Positions 26,543 to 36,179 of a stretch of DNA of 64,000 nucleotides are shown one piece after another; position 1 is the stretch's first letter, and every line of letters starts with the position of its first letter. The notes under the pieces are model-generated. The model saw nothing but the letters and a program-made list of their open reading frames with translations. It searched no databases and was not told where the DNA came from. A program made the position numbers and the translations under genes. The DNA comes from a bacterium. GTDB taxonomy: Bacteria > UBA8248. The DNA is taken from positions 1,024,001 through 1,088,000 of the forward strand of contig OY843592.1 in NCBI GenBank assembly GCA_963692865.2, written 5' to 3'.

Positions 26543-27604
26543 ATGGCGAAGCACAGCATTGGTTTGATCCCCGCGGACGGCATCGGGCCGGAGGTCGTCT
26601 CCCAGGCGGTCCGCGTCCTGCGGGCGCTGGCGAAGAGCGAGCGCGGCCTCGCGTTTTCTTTCACGAAATACCCATGGGGGAGCGATTTCTATCACGAGAC
26701 GGGCCGGATGTGCCCGGAGAATTTCCTGGAGCGCGTGAGAAAACACGACGCGATTCTGCTCGGCGCAGTGGGCAGGCCCGACATTCCCGATCACATCACG
26801 CTCAACCAGCTTCTGCTTCCGCTGCGCAGGGGGTTCGACCTCTACGTCAACATGCGCCCCATCGTCCTGTACGAGGGGCTGGAATCGCCGCTGCGCGGCT
26901 ACGAGCCGGGCGACATCGACATGCTCTTCTTCCGCGAGAACACCGAGGGGGAATACAGCCCCATCGGCGGCAGGCACTACGAGGGACACCCCTCGCAAAT
27001 GGCCGCCCAGATCACGCTCTTCACGCGGATGGGTTGCGAGCGCATCATCGAGGCGGCGTTCGAGGCGGCCCTCAAGCGGAAAAAGCACGTGACGAACGTC
27101 ACCAAATCGAACGCGCAGGGCCATACGCTGGTGATGTGGGACGAGATTTTCGAGGAAGTCGCGGCCAGGCCACGCTACAGGAAAGTCGAGACGGCGAAGT
27201 ATCTCGTAGACGCAGCCGCCTTGGAGTTCGTGAGAAGGCCCGGGCATTTTGACGTCGTGGTGTCCACGAACCTCTTCGGCGACATCCTGACGGACCTGGG
27301 CGCCGCCATCGTCGGCGGGCTGGGGGTCGCCGCGAGCGCGAACACGAACCCCAAGGGAGACGCGCCCGGCCTGTTCGAGCCCGTCCACGGCTCCGCGCCC
27401 GACATCATGGGCAAGGGAATCGCCAACCCGGTGGCCGCGCTTATCTCCGCCGCCTTGATGCTCGATTACCTGGGCGAGGAGCGCGCGGCGAAGCGGCTCG
27501 ACGGCGCGGTTCGCGCGCATCTGGCCGAGGGAAACCGCACGGCGGACCTGGGCGGCACCGGGACGACAAGGTCGGTCGCCACCGACGTCATCAAGAGACT
27601 CTAG
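26543..27604 (+). CDS. Tartrate/isopropylmalate dehydrogenase family protein
   Basis: DGIGPEV, RENTEGEY, NLFGDILTD, EPVHGSAPDI. Confidence 0.9.
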   Translation: MAKHSIGLIPADGIGPEVVSQAVRVLRALAKSERGLAFSFTKYPWGSDFYHETGRMCPENFLERVRKHDAILLGAVGRPDIPDHITLNQLLLPLRRGFDLYVNMRPIVLYEGLESPLRGYEPGDIDMLFFRENTEGEYSPIGGRHYEGHPSQMAAQITLFTRMGCERIIEAAFEAALKRKKHVTNVTKSNAQGHTLVMWDEIFEEVAARPRYRKVETAKYLVDAAALEFVRRPGHFDVVVSTNLFGDILTDLGAAIVGGLGVAASANTNPKGDAPGLFEPVHGSAPDIMGKGIANPVAALISAALMLDYLGEERAAKRLDGAVRAHLAEGNRTADLGGTGTTRSVATDVIKRL

Positions 27605-27622
27605 CCTGAAAGGAGCGATTCG

Positions 27623-28147
27623 ATGTCCATCGTCACGCGAAGGGGAGACGATGGGAACACCGATTTGTGGTTCGCGGACAGGGTTCCCAAGTATCATCCC
27701 CAGGTGCAGGCCTACGGCGCGCTCGACGAGGCGAAGGCGGCGCTCGGCCTCGCCCGCTCGACCGCCCCCGAATGGCTCAAGCCCGAAATCCTCAAAATCC
27801 AGAAAGACCTCTTCCTCGTGAGCAGCGATCTGGCGACGCTGCGCGGCAAGCTCGGCAGGCTCAGCGATCGCGTGGGCGCGGAGCAGGTCGCGTGGGCCGA
27901 CGCCCGGGTGGCGCGCTATGAGAAGGAGATTCAAATCACCGACTGGGTGATTTCGGGAGATTCGCCCTGCGGCGCCGCGCTGGACATGGCGCTCACCATC
28001 GTCCGCCGGGGCGAGAGATGGTCGGTGAAGCTTCGAGACGAAGGCTACGTCGACAACCCCGACCTGCTCGTCTACCTGAACCGCGTCTCCGACCTTCTCT
28101 TCCTCATGGCGCGCGCCGTGGACAGGGGCGTGGAAGTGCCCGACTGA
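27623..28147 (+). CDS. PduO-type cob(I)alamin adenosyltransferase
   Basis: IVTRRGDDG.T, AYGALDE, VRRGER, YLNRVSDLLF. Confidence 0.9.
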   Translation: MSIVTRRGDDGNTDLWFADRVPKYHPQVQAYGALDEAKAALGLARSTAPEWLKPEILKIQKDLFLVSSDLATLRGKLGRLSDRVGAEQVAWADARVARYEKEIQITDWVISGDSPCGAALDMALTIVRRGERWSVKLRDEGYVDNPDLLVYLNRVSDLLFLMARAVDRGVEVPD

Positions 28148-28216
28148 TTGGAATCGAGAAAGGCGACGGGTCACCTGAGCTGTTGCGGCCTTGGAAGCGC
28201 TCTCTTGGAATAATTC

Positions 28217-28942
28217 ATGTCGACAAGCAAGCATTCGTCATCATCACGCCTCGACGATTTGAGGCGGTTTTACGCTTCTCTCGCTTTGCTGGAGGAGCCG
28301 CTGGGCGGGGTGCGGCGACTGTCCGAGTGTTCGGGCCGGACAAGATGGCCAAAGCGCGGAATATACTTTTTCATGGAGACGGGCGAGTTTCGTTCTGATA
28401 CCGGGGATGGTTCGCGCATCGTGCGGGTCGGTACGCACGCCCTGAAAACCGGGAGCAAAACCAAGCTCTGGACGCGTCTTAAGCAGCATAAAGGAGTTAC
28501 GAGCACGGGCGGCGGCAATCACCGGGGGTCGATCTTCAGAAAAATCGTGGGAGCGGCCATGATTGATAGGGACAACCTCGACGGTCCCTCTTGGGGCAAG
28601 GGCGACACGGCGCCGCGTGAGGTCAGAAAGAGCGAGTTGTCCCTGGAAAAGATCGTCAGCGCGCACATCGGCGAGATGCCATTTCTCTGGCTTGGCATAG
28701 AAGACGAGCCGGGACCCGACAGCCTGCGCGGATACATCGAAAGGAATGCGGTCTCCCTATTGAGCAATTATGGCAAGCATCCCGTCGATCCACCTTCCTT
28801 GTCATGGCTCGGCAAGCATAGCGACAGGGGAAAAGTGCGGAACTCCGGCCTTTGGAACTCGAACCACGTCGACGAAGACTACGATCCGGCTTTTCTCGAC
28901 GTTCTGGCGCGCTTGATCGACGAAATGGAGATTCCCGCATGA
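28217..28942 (+). CDS. GIY-YIG-like nuclease-domain protein
   Basis: RGIYFF..RIVRVG..TRLKQH..IERN. Confidence 0.6.
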   Translation: MSTSKHSSSSRLDDLRRFYASLALLEEPLGGVRRLSECSGRTRWPKRGIYFFMETGEFRSDTGDGSRIVRVGTHALKTGSKTKLWTRLKQHKGVTSTGGGNHRGSIFRKIVGAAMIDRDNLDGPSWGKGDTAPREVRKSELSLEKIVSAHIGEMPFLWLGIEDEPGPDSLRGYIERNAVSLLSNYGKHPVDPPSLSWLGKHSDRGKVRNSGLWNSNHVDEDYDPAFLDVLARLIDEMEIPA

Positions 28943-29592
28943 TCCTCGTCATCCAATGCGCCGCCCGGAAGAACCCAGAAGCCGGCCATCTGCGTACCCG
29001 AGACGGGCAGGAGGTCTTGTTCGTCGCTGACCCTGGCCTTGCGCCCGAAGGCTCAGCCTGCGCCCATGCGCGACCGGACGATGTTTCCGGTACCGGAGCG
29101 ACTTGGCGAACCGTGCTTCGTGAATACAATGCCGAGTCTCGCGGCGACCCGCACGGCCTTCTTCCCGCCTGGCGGCTCTACGAAAACCCGGTCTACCGGC
29201 TATTGAAGGAACATTGCGGGCCGGAGGGCTTCTATATTCTCTCCGCTGGCTGGGGCTTGATCCGCTCCGATTTCCTGACGCCCGCTTATGACATCACGTT
29301 CAGCGCACGCGCCGAGAAGTACAAGCGAAGACGCAAGAGAGATTTGTATCACGATTTCAGCATGCTGCCCGAAGAAACCGCAGAAGACATCGTATTCTTC
29401 GGTGGGAAGGACTACGTGAATCTGTTTTGCGCGTTGACCGAACGCGTCAGGGGAACCCGCTATCTCTGGTTCAATTTGAAAGTCGCGCCGAATGCGCCCG
29501 GCTGCGAGTTGCGTCGATTCCATACGAGGACCAGAACCAACTGGCACTACGAGTGCGCCAGAGCCTTCGTCGAAGGAAAGATTCAGGTTTAG
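28939..29592 (+). CDS. DUF6884/YaaA-like protein
   Basis: IQCAARK, PAWRLY, ILSAGWGLI, YDITF. ATGA overlap with the upstream gene. Confidence 0.55.
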   Translation: MILVIQCAARKNPEAGHLRTRDGQEVLFVADPGLAPEGSACAHARPDDVSGTGATWRTVLREYNAESRGDPHGLLPAWRLYENPVYRLLKEHCGPEGFYILSAGWGLIRSDFLTPAYDITFSARAEKYKRRRKRDLYHDFSMLPEETAEDIVFFGGKDYVNLFCALTERVRGTRYLWFNLKVAPNAPGCELRRFHTRTRTNWHYECARAFVEGKIQV

Positions 29593-29625
29593 GCGAGGGT
29601 GGCAGACGGAAGCGTCCGGGAAAAC

Positions 29626-30672
29626 TTACGTCAGGTAGAAGTCTGAAATGGCTTCCAGGGCCACCTTGATGGCCGCCGCGAGCGGGACGGCGAGGAGAAT
29701 TCCCGCGAATCCCATCAACTCGCCCCCTATCATGATGGACGCGAGCACCACCACGGGATGAAGCCCGATGCGGTTGCCCAGGATGCGGGGTACAAGGAAA
29801 ACGCCGGCAGCGGGCGAGATGACTCCGAACACGGCCAGCGTCGCGAGCGGGTGGAGCCAGTCCTGATGGGCGAGTGCGGAGAGCAGCAGGGCGATCGGGA
29901 GGGCGATGATCCATTCCACGTAGGGAAACATGCAGGCAATGCCCGTGAAAATGCCCATCACCAGCCACAGCGGCATCCCCACGATGAAGAAGCCCAGCAC
30001 GTAGAGGGCGGAGAGGATGAAGGCGATCAGCAACTGTCCCTTGATGAACGACCCGAGGAGCTCGTCGAGCCGGAAGACCCTTTTCTCCACCTCGGCGCGG
30101 TAATCGCGGTGCACGTAGGCGAAAAACCCCGCCCATAGCTCTTTCCAGTCTCTCAGGACGTAGAAGGTCATCACGGGGATGAGGACGAGATAGATCATGC
30201 CGATGGCGATGGAGAAAAGGCCGCTGGTCGTTCTCAGCAGAAACTTGAGCGCGGTAACGGGCAACTGTCCCAGAAGGGAGAGATTTTCGGTGAAGTATTT
30301 CTGGATTTCGGCCGTCTGGGGGAGTTCGAATCTATCGAGCGTGGCGATGAGCCAGGATTGCGTGAGGTTGATGTAGTCGGGAAGTTTTTTGGCGAAAGCC
30401 CTCACCTGCTCCTGCACAACGGGCGATATGCTGACCCACAAGATGAACAGGCCCACGCCCAGACCCAGCAGGGGGATCAGGACGGCGAGGGGCCTCGGTA
30501 TTTTCCATCTCTCCAGCGCATCGACCAGGGGCTGGAGCAGATAGGCGAGGATGAACGAAGCCGCCAGGGGAACCAGCGCCGCCCGGGCGCTCACCAAAAT
30601 CCAGATGGCGGCGATGAATATGAGAATCAGCCAGATTCTCTTCCACGTGAGGATTTGGGATGGGTTGTCCAT
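29626..30672 (-). CDS. AI-2E family transporter
   Basis: AYLLQPLV, FIKGQ, PRILGNRIGLHP, GILLAVP. Confidence 0.9.
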   Translation of the reverse strand: MDNPSQILTWKRIWLILIFIAAIWILVSARAALVPLAASFILAYLLQPLVDALERWKIPRPLAVLIPLLGLGVGLFILWVSISPVVQEQVRAFAKKLPDYINLTQSWLIATLDRFELPQTAEIQKYFTENLSLLGQLPVTALKFLLRTTSGLFSIAIGMIYLVLIPVMTFYVLRDWKELWAGFFAYVHRDYRAEVEKRVFRLDELLGSFIKGQLLIAFILSALYVLGFFIVGMPLWLVMGIFTGIACMFPYVEWIIALPIALLLSALAHQDWLHPLATLAVFGVISPAAGVFLVPRILGNRIGLHPVVVLASIMIGGELMGFAGILLAVPLAAAIKVALEAISDFYLT

Positions 30673-30688
30673 GTCGGTCAGTCTGGCC

Positions 30689-31294
30689 TCAGTTCCGGGC
30701 CGGGGGGATGGATTTCTCCGTCTGATCGTCGTCCGGTTTCTCGTAAATCATGCGGGTGCCCACGAAGAAAAGATAATGAATCCCCGAGGCGAGCGTCAGC
30801 GCGCAGGTGATCAGGTAGGTGGACAACAGCACGATGTTCGTCTCCGCTCTCAGCGCCGCCGCCAGAAGAGCGGCCCCCGCGGTGACCATCTGGGCGGTCG
30901 TCGAGGTTTTCCCCAGCATGGAAGGAGACGGCGTCTGGAAGCCCACCGTCATGAACAACATCAGGCAGCCGATGGATATCAGCAAATCCCGGCTCACCAC
31001 GGAGACGGCCAGCCAGATCGGGATCTGCCCCGAAATCCCCATCATCATGTATGCGGTGAACATGAGCAGTTTGTCCGCAATGGGGTCGAGCATGGCGCCC
31101 AGCTCCGTCATCTCGCCGCGCCGTCTCGCGATATAGCCGTCAACGCCGTCCGCCACGCCCGCGATGATGAAGACGCCCAGGGCGGTTCCCGGCTTCTTGT
31201 AGGCGAGGCACATCACGAATACGGGGATCAGGAACACCCGGAGCAGCGTGATCTTGGTCGCCAGCGTTAGTCTGTTCGAAACGGTTGCGCTCAT
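30689..31294 (-). CDS. CDP-alcohol phosphatidyltransferase
   Basis: DGVDGYIARRRGEMTELGAMLDPIADK. Confidence 0.92.
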   Translation of the reverse strand: MSATVSNRLTLATKITLLRVFLIPVFVMCLAYKKPGTALGVFIIAGVADGVDGYIARRRGEMTELGAMLDPIADKLLMFTAYMMMGISGQIPIWLAVSVVSRDLLISIGCLMLFMTVGFQTPSPSMLGKTSTTAQMVTAGAALLAAALRAETNIVLLSTYLITCALTLASGIHYLFFVGTRMIYEKPDDDQTEKSIPPARN

Positions 31295-31396
31295 TGTCCA
31301 AGCGGCCTTTTACTTACCTCTCGTGTGTTGTTGCATCATAACACAGGAAGCCTCGGGGTTTCCTTCGTCCGGCTCGTTCATCGAGCGTTTGTTTCA

Positions 31397-31634
31397 GGGG
31401 TTGTTGAAAAAGTCCTTCCCAAAGGGGTTTTGCCCCCCATCGAGAGTGTTCATCGTCATTCCGGCGAAAGCCGGAATTCATTTTTATGCCTTTCGTCTTT
31501 CGTCGGAGTTCCCGCGCATCGGCGGGGAATGGAACGCCGTCGTTCATTCACCCGCATCCGCAAATGGATTCCGGCTTTCGCCGGAATGACGGCAGTGGAC
31601 AATTCCGAGCGAGCAGGGGTTTTTCAACGGCCCC
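31397..31634. mobile_element. 238-bp MITE-like element with 5-bp TSD (TTTCA) carrying family E repeats
   Basis: GGGGTTGTTGAAAAA..TTTTTCAACGGCCCC with TTTCA at 31392-31396 and 31635-31639. Interior holds an inverted GTCATTCCGGCGAAAGCCGGAAT pair. Confidence 0.85.
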
Positions 31635-31636
31635 TT

Positions 31637-32506
31637 TCATGGGGAACCGAATTTCCCCCTCTCCGTCGTTTTCTGATTCGCAGGTCTTTTACGCGCGGTG
31701 CGTTTCGAATTCGCCTTGGCCTTGGCCCAACCCGTCTTCGAAGCCGGGCGTTTCGACGCGTTGGTGCTGATGTTCGTCATTAGTTTCAGTTTTTCGATCT
31801 CATCTTTTGTGAGAGTCCTGACCTTGGCGCCGGGGAGACCCCTGGCCGTGATGCCCCCGTATGCGCGCCGAACCAACTTGATGACGGGGTGCCCCACGGC
31901 TTCGCACATCTTCTTGACCTGGTGCTGTCTGCCCTCGCGGAGTTCGATTCTGAGCCACGCGTTCTTCTCCGTCTTGCCGCGGATGATCCGCACGCCGGCA
32001 GGCCCGGGTTTTTTGCCCCGCCCGCGCATCCATGACCCGTCCGCCATCCGGGCGAGTGCGGCCTCGGTGGGCGCGCCCTTCACCTTCGCCTCGTAGACGC
32101 GGGGTATGCCGTATCTCGGGTGGGCGAGGCGGTTCGCCATCTCGCCGTCGTTGGTGAGGAGCAAGACGCCCTCCACGTCGAAATCGAGCCTGCCGACGGG
32201 GAATACGCGCCTCAAGCCCTGGGGCAGCAGGTCCGCCACCGTGGGCCTGTCCTTGCCCTCCTCGTCCCGCATGGTGGTGAGCACGTTCTTCGGCTTGTTC
32301 AGCACCAGGTAGACGGGCGGCTCTTTTTTCGTGATGAGCTTACCGTCCACCTTGACGGCATCGGCCAGCGGGTCCGCCTTGGCGCCCAAGGTGAGCACGC
32401 GCGCTCCGTTCACCTGAACGCGGCCCTCCGCGATCAGGCGCTCCGCCTCCCTGCGCGAGGCGAGGCCCGCCTGGGCGATGATTTTCTGAAGCCTGATGGC
32501 GGCCAT
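31637..32506 (-). CDS. rluB: 23S rRNA pseudouridine synthase (RluB/RsuA family)
   Basis: S4 domain RLQKIIAQAGLASRR, PVGRLD, EGRQHQVK. Confidence 0.88.
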   Translation of the reverse strand: MAAIRLQKIIAQAGLASRREAERLIAEGRVQVNGARVLTLGAKADPLADAVKVDGKLITKKEPPVYLVLNKPKNVLTTMRDEEGKDRPTVADLLPQGLRRVFPVGRLDFDVEGVLLLTNDGEMANRLAHPRYGIPRVYEAKVKGAPTEAALARMADGSWMRGRGKKPGPAGVRIIRGKTEKNAWLRIELREGRQHQVKKMCEAVGHPVIKLVRRAYGGITARGLPGAKVRTLTKDEIEKLKLMTNISTNASKRPASKTGWAKAKANSKRTARKRPANQKTTERGKFGSP

Positions 32507-32646
32507 CTTTGGTTTACTCCCTGGAATTTTCCCGAAAATTACGAATCACGCGATTATAGCCATTAGGCGCCGAACAGGGTAACCTGTCGCGCAAAGCGCA
32601 TGAAAAACAGGACGACGTCCCACACTCGCTGCGAAGGAGGTCCGTT

Positions 32647-33756
32647 TTGCCGTCTTCTCAAACCATCATCAGCATGACGCCGGCGCACGTGTGCGTGCCG
32701 CTGGAGCGGCCGCTCAAGGTGGCGACGTTCGAGGTGCGCGCCGTTGACACCTGCTGCGTCACCCTCCGCACGAAAGAAGGCTTGAAGGGCCACGGCTGGT
32801 GCTTCGCCTTCGGCCCCGAGCGAACCCGCGCGATGATAGCGATGGTGCGCGATCTGTTCGCCAATCTGCTGGGCAAGGATCCGGCGGACGCCGAGACGAA
32901 CTGGGAGGCGATGCGCAAGGCGGTGAGCTTCGTGGGCCGCGACGGCATCAGCGCCCTGGCGATGTCGGCGCTCGACACCGCCTGTTGGGATCTGGCCGCC
33001 CAGGCGGCGGGCCAGCCGCTCTGGAAATACCTCGGCGGCGAGAGGCGCGAGATTCCCTGCTACGCGAGCGAAGGGCTCTGGCTGAATCTCTCGATAGACG
33101 AACTCGTGGAGGAGGCCGCGGCGCTCAAGGCGCGCGGCTTCAGGGCGATGAAACTCCGCGTGGGAGGCAGGGTGGATGAGGACGTAGAGCGCATCCGCGC
33201 GGTGCGCGAGGCGATTGGGGATGAGGTGGCGCTCATGGTGGACGCCAACCAGGCCTGGGACGTCCAGACCGCGATTAGTGCGTGCAGGGCGTTCGAGCCC
33301 TTCGGCCTCTACTGGGTGGAGGAGCCGGTCGATCACGAAGACATCAGGGGATGCGCCGAGGTCGCGGAGGCCAGCAGCATCCCCATCTGCACCGGGGAGA
33401 CGAACTACAACCCGCGCGGCATGCGCCACCTGCTCGTCGCGGGCGCGGCCGACATTCTCATGCCCGATCTGGAGCGCTGCTCCGGCGTCACGGGCTGGCG
33501 TCGCGCGGCGGCGCTGGCGAAAGAGTTCGGAAAACCGGTGACCCCGCATCTGTTCCACGAGGTTTCGGCGCATCTCCTGAGCGCGGAGGAGCACGGCGTC
33601 TGGTGCGAGCACATGCCCTGGTGGGAGCGCATCATCGAGGAGCCGATGGAATTCAGGGACGGGAATCTGGTTCTCACCGACAAGCCCGGACTCGGGCTGG
33701 AATGGAAAGAGGAGGCGCTCCGGGAGTTCGCGCCCCCTGTGGGAGGGTCTCTGTAG
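32647..33756 (+). CDS. Mandelate racemase/muconate lactonizing enzyme family protein
   Basis: DTACWDL, KLR, VDANQ, WVEEP, TGET, PGLG. Confidence 0.9.
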   Translation: MPSSQTIISMTPAHVCVPLERPLKVATFEVRAVDTCCVTLRTKEGLKGHGWCFAFGPERTRAMIAMVRDLFANLLGKDPADAETNWEAMRKAVSFVGRDGISALAMSALDTACWDLAAQAAGQPLWKYLGGERREIPCYASEGLWLNLSIDELVEEAAALKARGFRAMKLRVGGRVDEDVERIRAVREAIGDEVALMVDANQAWDVQTAISACRAFEPFGLYWVEEPVDHEDIRGCAEVAEASSIPICTGETNYNPRGMRHLLVAGAADILMPDLERCSGVTGWRRAAALAKEFGKPVTPHLFHEVSAHLLSAEEHGVWCEHMPWWERIIEEPMEFRDGNLVLTDKPGLGLEWKEEALREFAPPVGGSL

Positions 33757-35090
33757 TGGGAGGGACGCTGCTGCGCGGGGGGAGCATTCTCACGCTCGAC
33801 CCCGTGCTGGGTGATATCGAAGGCGGCGACCTGCTCATCGAGGACGATGAGATAAGAGAAGTCGGCCGCAACGTCCATGCGCCCGAGGCCGAGGAGGTGG
33901 ACGCGGGCGACTTCATCGTTACGCCGGGTTTCGTGAACGCCCACCAGCACACCTGGCAGACGGGCATCCGCGGGATCGCCGGCGACTGGACGCTGGCGGA
34001 GTATGTCCGCCAGATGCACGAGGGCTTCGGCCCCCGGTTTCAGCCGGAAGACGTATATCTCGCGAATCTCGTAGGCGCGCTCAACCAGCTGAACGGCGGC
34101 GTCACGACGCTCTTCGACTGGTGCCACAACAACCCCACGCCCGAGCACACCGATGCGGGCTTAGACGGCCTGGAAGAGGCGGGCATCCGCGCGGTTTTCG
34201 GCCACGGGACGCCCAAGCCCAAAATCGCGGAGGGTGAGACGCCGCTCAGCCACAGGCCGCACCCTCCCGAAGAGGTAAGGCGCCTGCGGGCGGGGCGGCT
34301 GGCCGCGGACGACGGCCTCATCAAGCTGGCCCTGGCCACGAGAGGCCCCGATCTCTCCACGCTCGAGATGTGCGTGCACGACATCTGTCTGGCCCGCGAA
34401 TACGATTTGCTCTGGAGCGCGCACATCGGCGGCGGATTCCACCGGGTGACGCCAGACGGCGTCAGGCGGTTGGCGCGGGAGGGACTTCTGGGGCCCGACT
34501 TCAACGCCGTGCACGCGAACCAGTTGAGCGAGGAGGAGTTGAGAATCCTCGTCGATTCGGGCTGTTCGGTCACCTCCTGCCCCGAGGTGGAGATGCAGAT
34601 GGGCCACGGGGAACCCGTCATCGGACGCGTCCTGGCCCTGGGCGGCAGGCCGACGCTCGGGATCGACGTGGAATCGAACGTCAGCGGCGACATGTTCACC
34701 ATGATGCGGGCGGGTCTTCAGTTTGCCCGCGCGCAGGAGAACCGGAAGATACTCGACGGGAGAACCTCGCCGACGCAAATCGCGATTCCCGCGAGGCGCG
34801 CGCTGGAGTGGGCGACGATAGACGGCGCGAACGCCCTGGGGCTCGGATACAAGGCGGGCACGCTCAAGCCCGGCAAGCAGGCGGACATCGTCCTGATCAA
34901 AAAGACCGACCTGAACCTCTATCCCGTGCACGATTCTCTTGAAACAGTAGTTTTCCAGGCGTCCTTCGCCAATGTCGATACGGTTTACGTGGCCGGAAAG
35001 GTCGTGAAGAAAGACGGAAAACTGCTCTACCCCCGCCTCCGGGAGAAGATGGAGGCGTTGGCGGAATCGGGCCGGAGGTTGCTACACTAG
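33756..35090 (+). CDS. Amidohydrolase (deaminase-like)
   Basis: PGFVNAHQHTW, GVTTLFDW, GIDVE, GKQADIV. The GTG start overlaps the upstream TAG. Confidence 0.85.
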   Translation: MGGTLLRGGSILTLDPVLGDIEGGDLLIEDDEIREVGRNVHAPEAEEVDAGDFIVTPGFVNAHQHTWQTGIRGIAGDWTLAEYVRQMHEGFGPRFQPEDVYLANLVGALNQLNGGVTTLFDWCHNNPTPEHTDAGLDGLEEAGIRAVFGHGTPKPKIAEGETPLSHRPHPPEEVRRLRAGRLAADDGLIKLALATRGPDLSTLEMCVHDICLAREYDLLWSAHIGGGFHRVTPDGVRRLAREGLLGPDFNAVHANQLSEEELRILVDSGCSVTSCPEVEMQMGHGEPVIGRVLALGGRPTLGIDVESNVSGDMFTMMRAGLQFARAQENRKILDGRTSPTQIAIPARRALEWATIDGANALGLGYKAGTLKPGKQADIVLIKKTDLNLYPVHDSLETVVFQASFANVDTVYVAGKVVKKDGKLLYPRLREKMEALAESGRRLLH

Positions 35091-35138
35091 CGCGCTCATC
35101 GGCATATACCGGTTTTCATACATCACCCATCATGGAGA

Positions 35139-35885
35139 ATGAAAATGAGACTCGCGCTTTATTCCGACATTCATGCCCAACTCGCGCCTCTGGACGCCGT
35201 TCTGGCGGAAGTAGACAAGTACGACGCGCACTGGGAGATCGTGCCCGGCGATCACGTGATGGGCGGGCCGGAGCCGGGCGAGGTGGTGGATCGCCTGCGT
35301 TCCCGGAAAAACTGTCTGCCCATACTGGGGAATTTCGACCGCTGGGTCATCGACCACGTCGATGAGGGGGAAAACGATTTTCCCGCGCGGAACGAGAGTT
35401 CGCGCCTGACGCGCGAGCACCTGAGCGAAGATCAACTCGACTGGCTCCGGGGCCTGCCCCGCGAAATGACGATCACGCCCGAACCCGGCCACGACCTCCG
35501 CATCTTCCACGGCTCGCCGGGCAACGACGAGGGCGCGCTCCCGCTCAGGCTTACCGACGATGAGATCATCAAGCGCCTCGCGGGGGAGAAATCGGAAGTC
35601 GTGGCCTTCGGGCAGTGTCACGGCCCCTATATCCGCCAGGTCGGGAACCAGACCCTGGTGTGCGCCGCTTCCGCCGCCGTGAACTGGGACGGGGACAACC
35701 GCCCCGCCTACGTCCTGCTCGAATACCAGGGAGGCGGGAACTGGGAAGGGGAGATTCACCGCGTCGAGTATGATTTCGAGGAACAGGCGCGCAAGAACGA
35801 AGAGAGCTGGGACCCGGGCGGGGACAAGCAGGCCCACACGATTCGCACGGGCGAGTTCTGGAACCCGGCCCACATGCCCCACTAG
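35139..35885 (+). CDS. Metallophosphoesterase (YfcE-like)
   Basis: SDIH, GD, GNFD, FHGSP, GQCH, RVEYD. Confidence 0.82.
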   Translation: MKMRLALYSDIHAQLAPLDAVLAEVDKYDAHWEIVPGDHVMGGPEPGEVVDRLRSRKNCLPILGNFDRWVIDHVDEGENDFPARNESSRLTREHLSEDQLDWLRGLPREMTITPEPGHDLRIFHGSPGNDEGALPLRLTDDEIIKRLAGEKSEVVAFGQCHGPYIRQVGNQTLVCAASAAVNWDGDNRPAYVLLEYQGGGNWEGEIHRVEYDFEEQARKNEESWDPGGDKQAHTIRTGEFWNPAHMPH

Positions 35886-36179
35886 ATAAGCGGAAAGTCC
35901 CCACTCAAGCATAGAATGAAGACTGGGTGGGGGTTTTTCTTCTCCTTTTTTTCGCACGGTTTCATTTTTTTCAGAAAATACCGGCTTCCCAGGGGAAGGC
36001 GGAGCGTATTTTGTGGCATGTTTTAGGAGATGGGGGTATTATCTATCATAGAGAAGGCGGCATCCGGTGCATTGGTGAGGGCATGGCATCGGGAGCTGGC
36101 GATTTATGGAGACAAAAGAGGCGAGGAAATTTCGAATTCTGTCTCGAGTCCCGTTGGACATTGCCTGGAGGGCCGGAAA

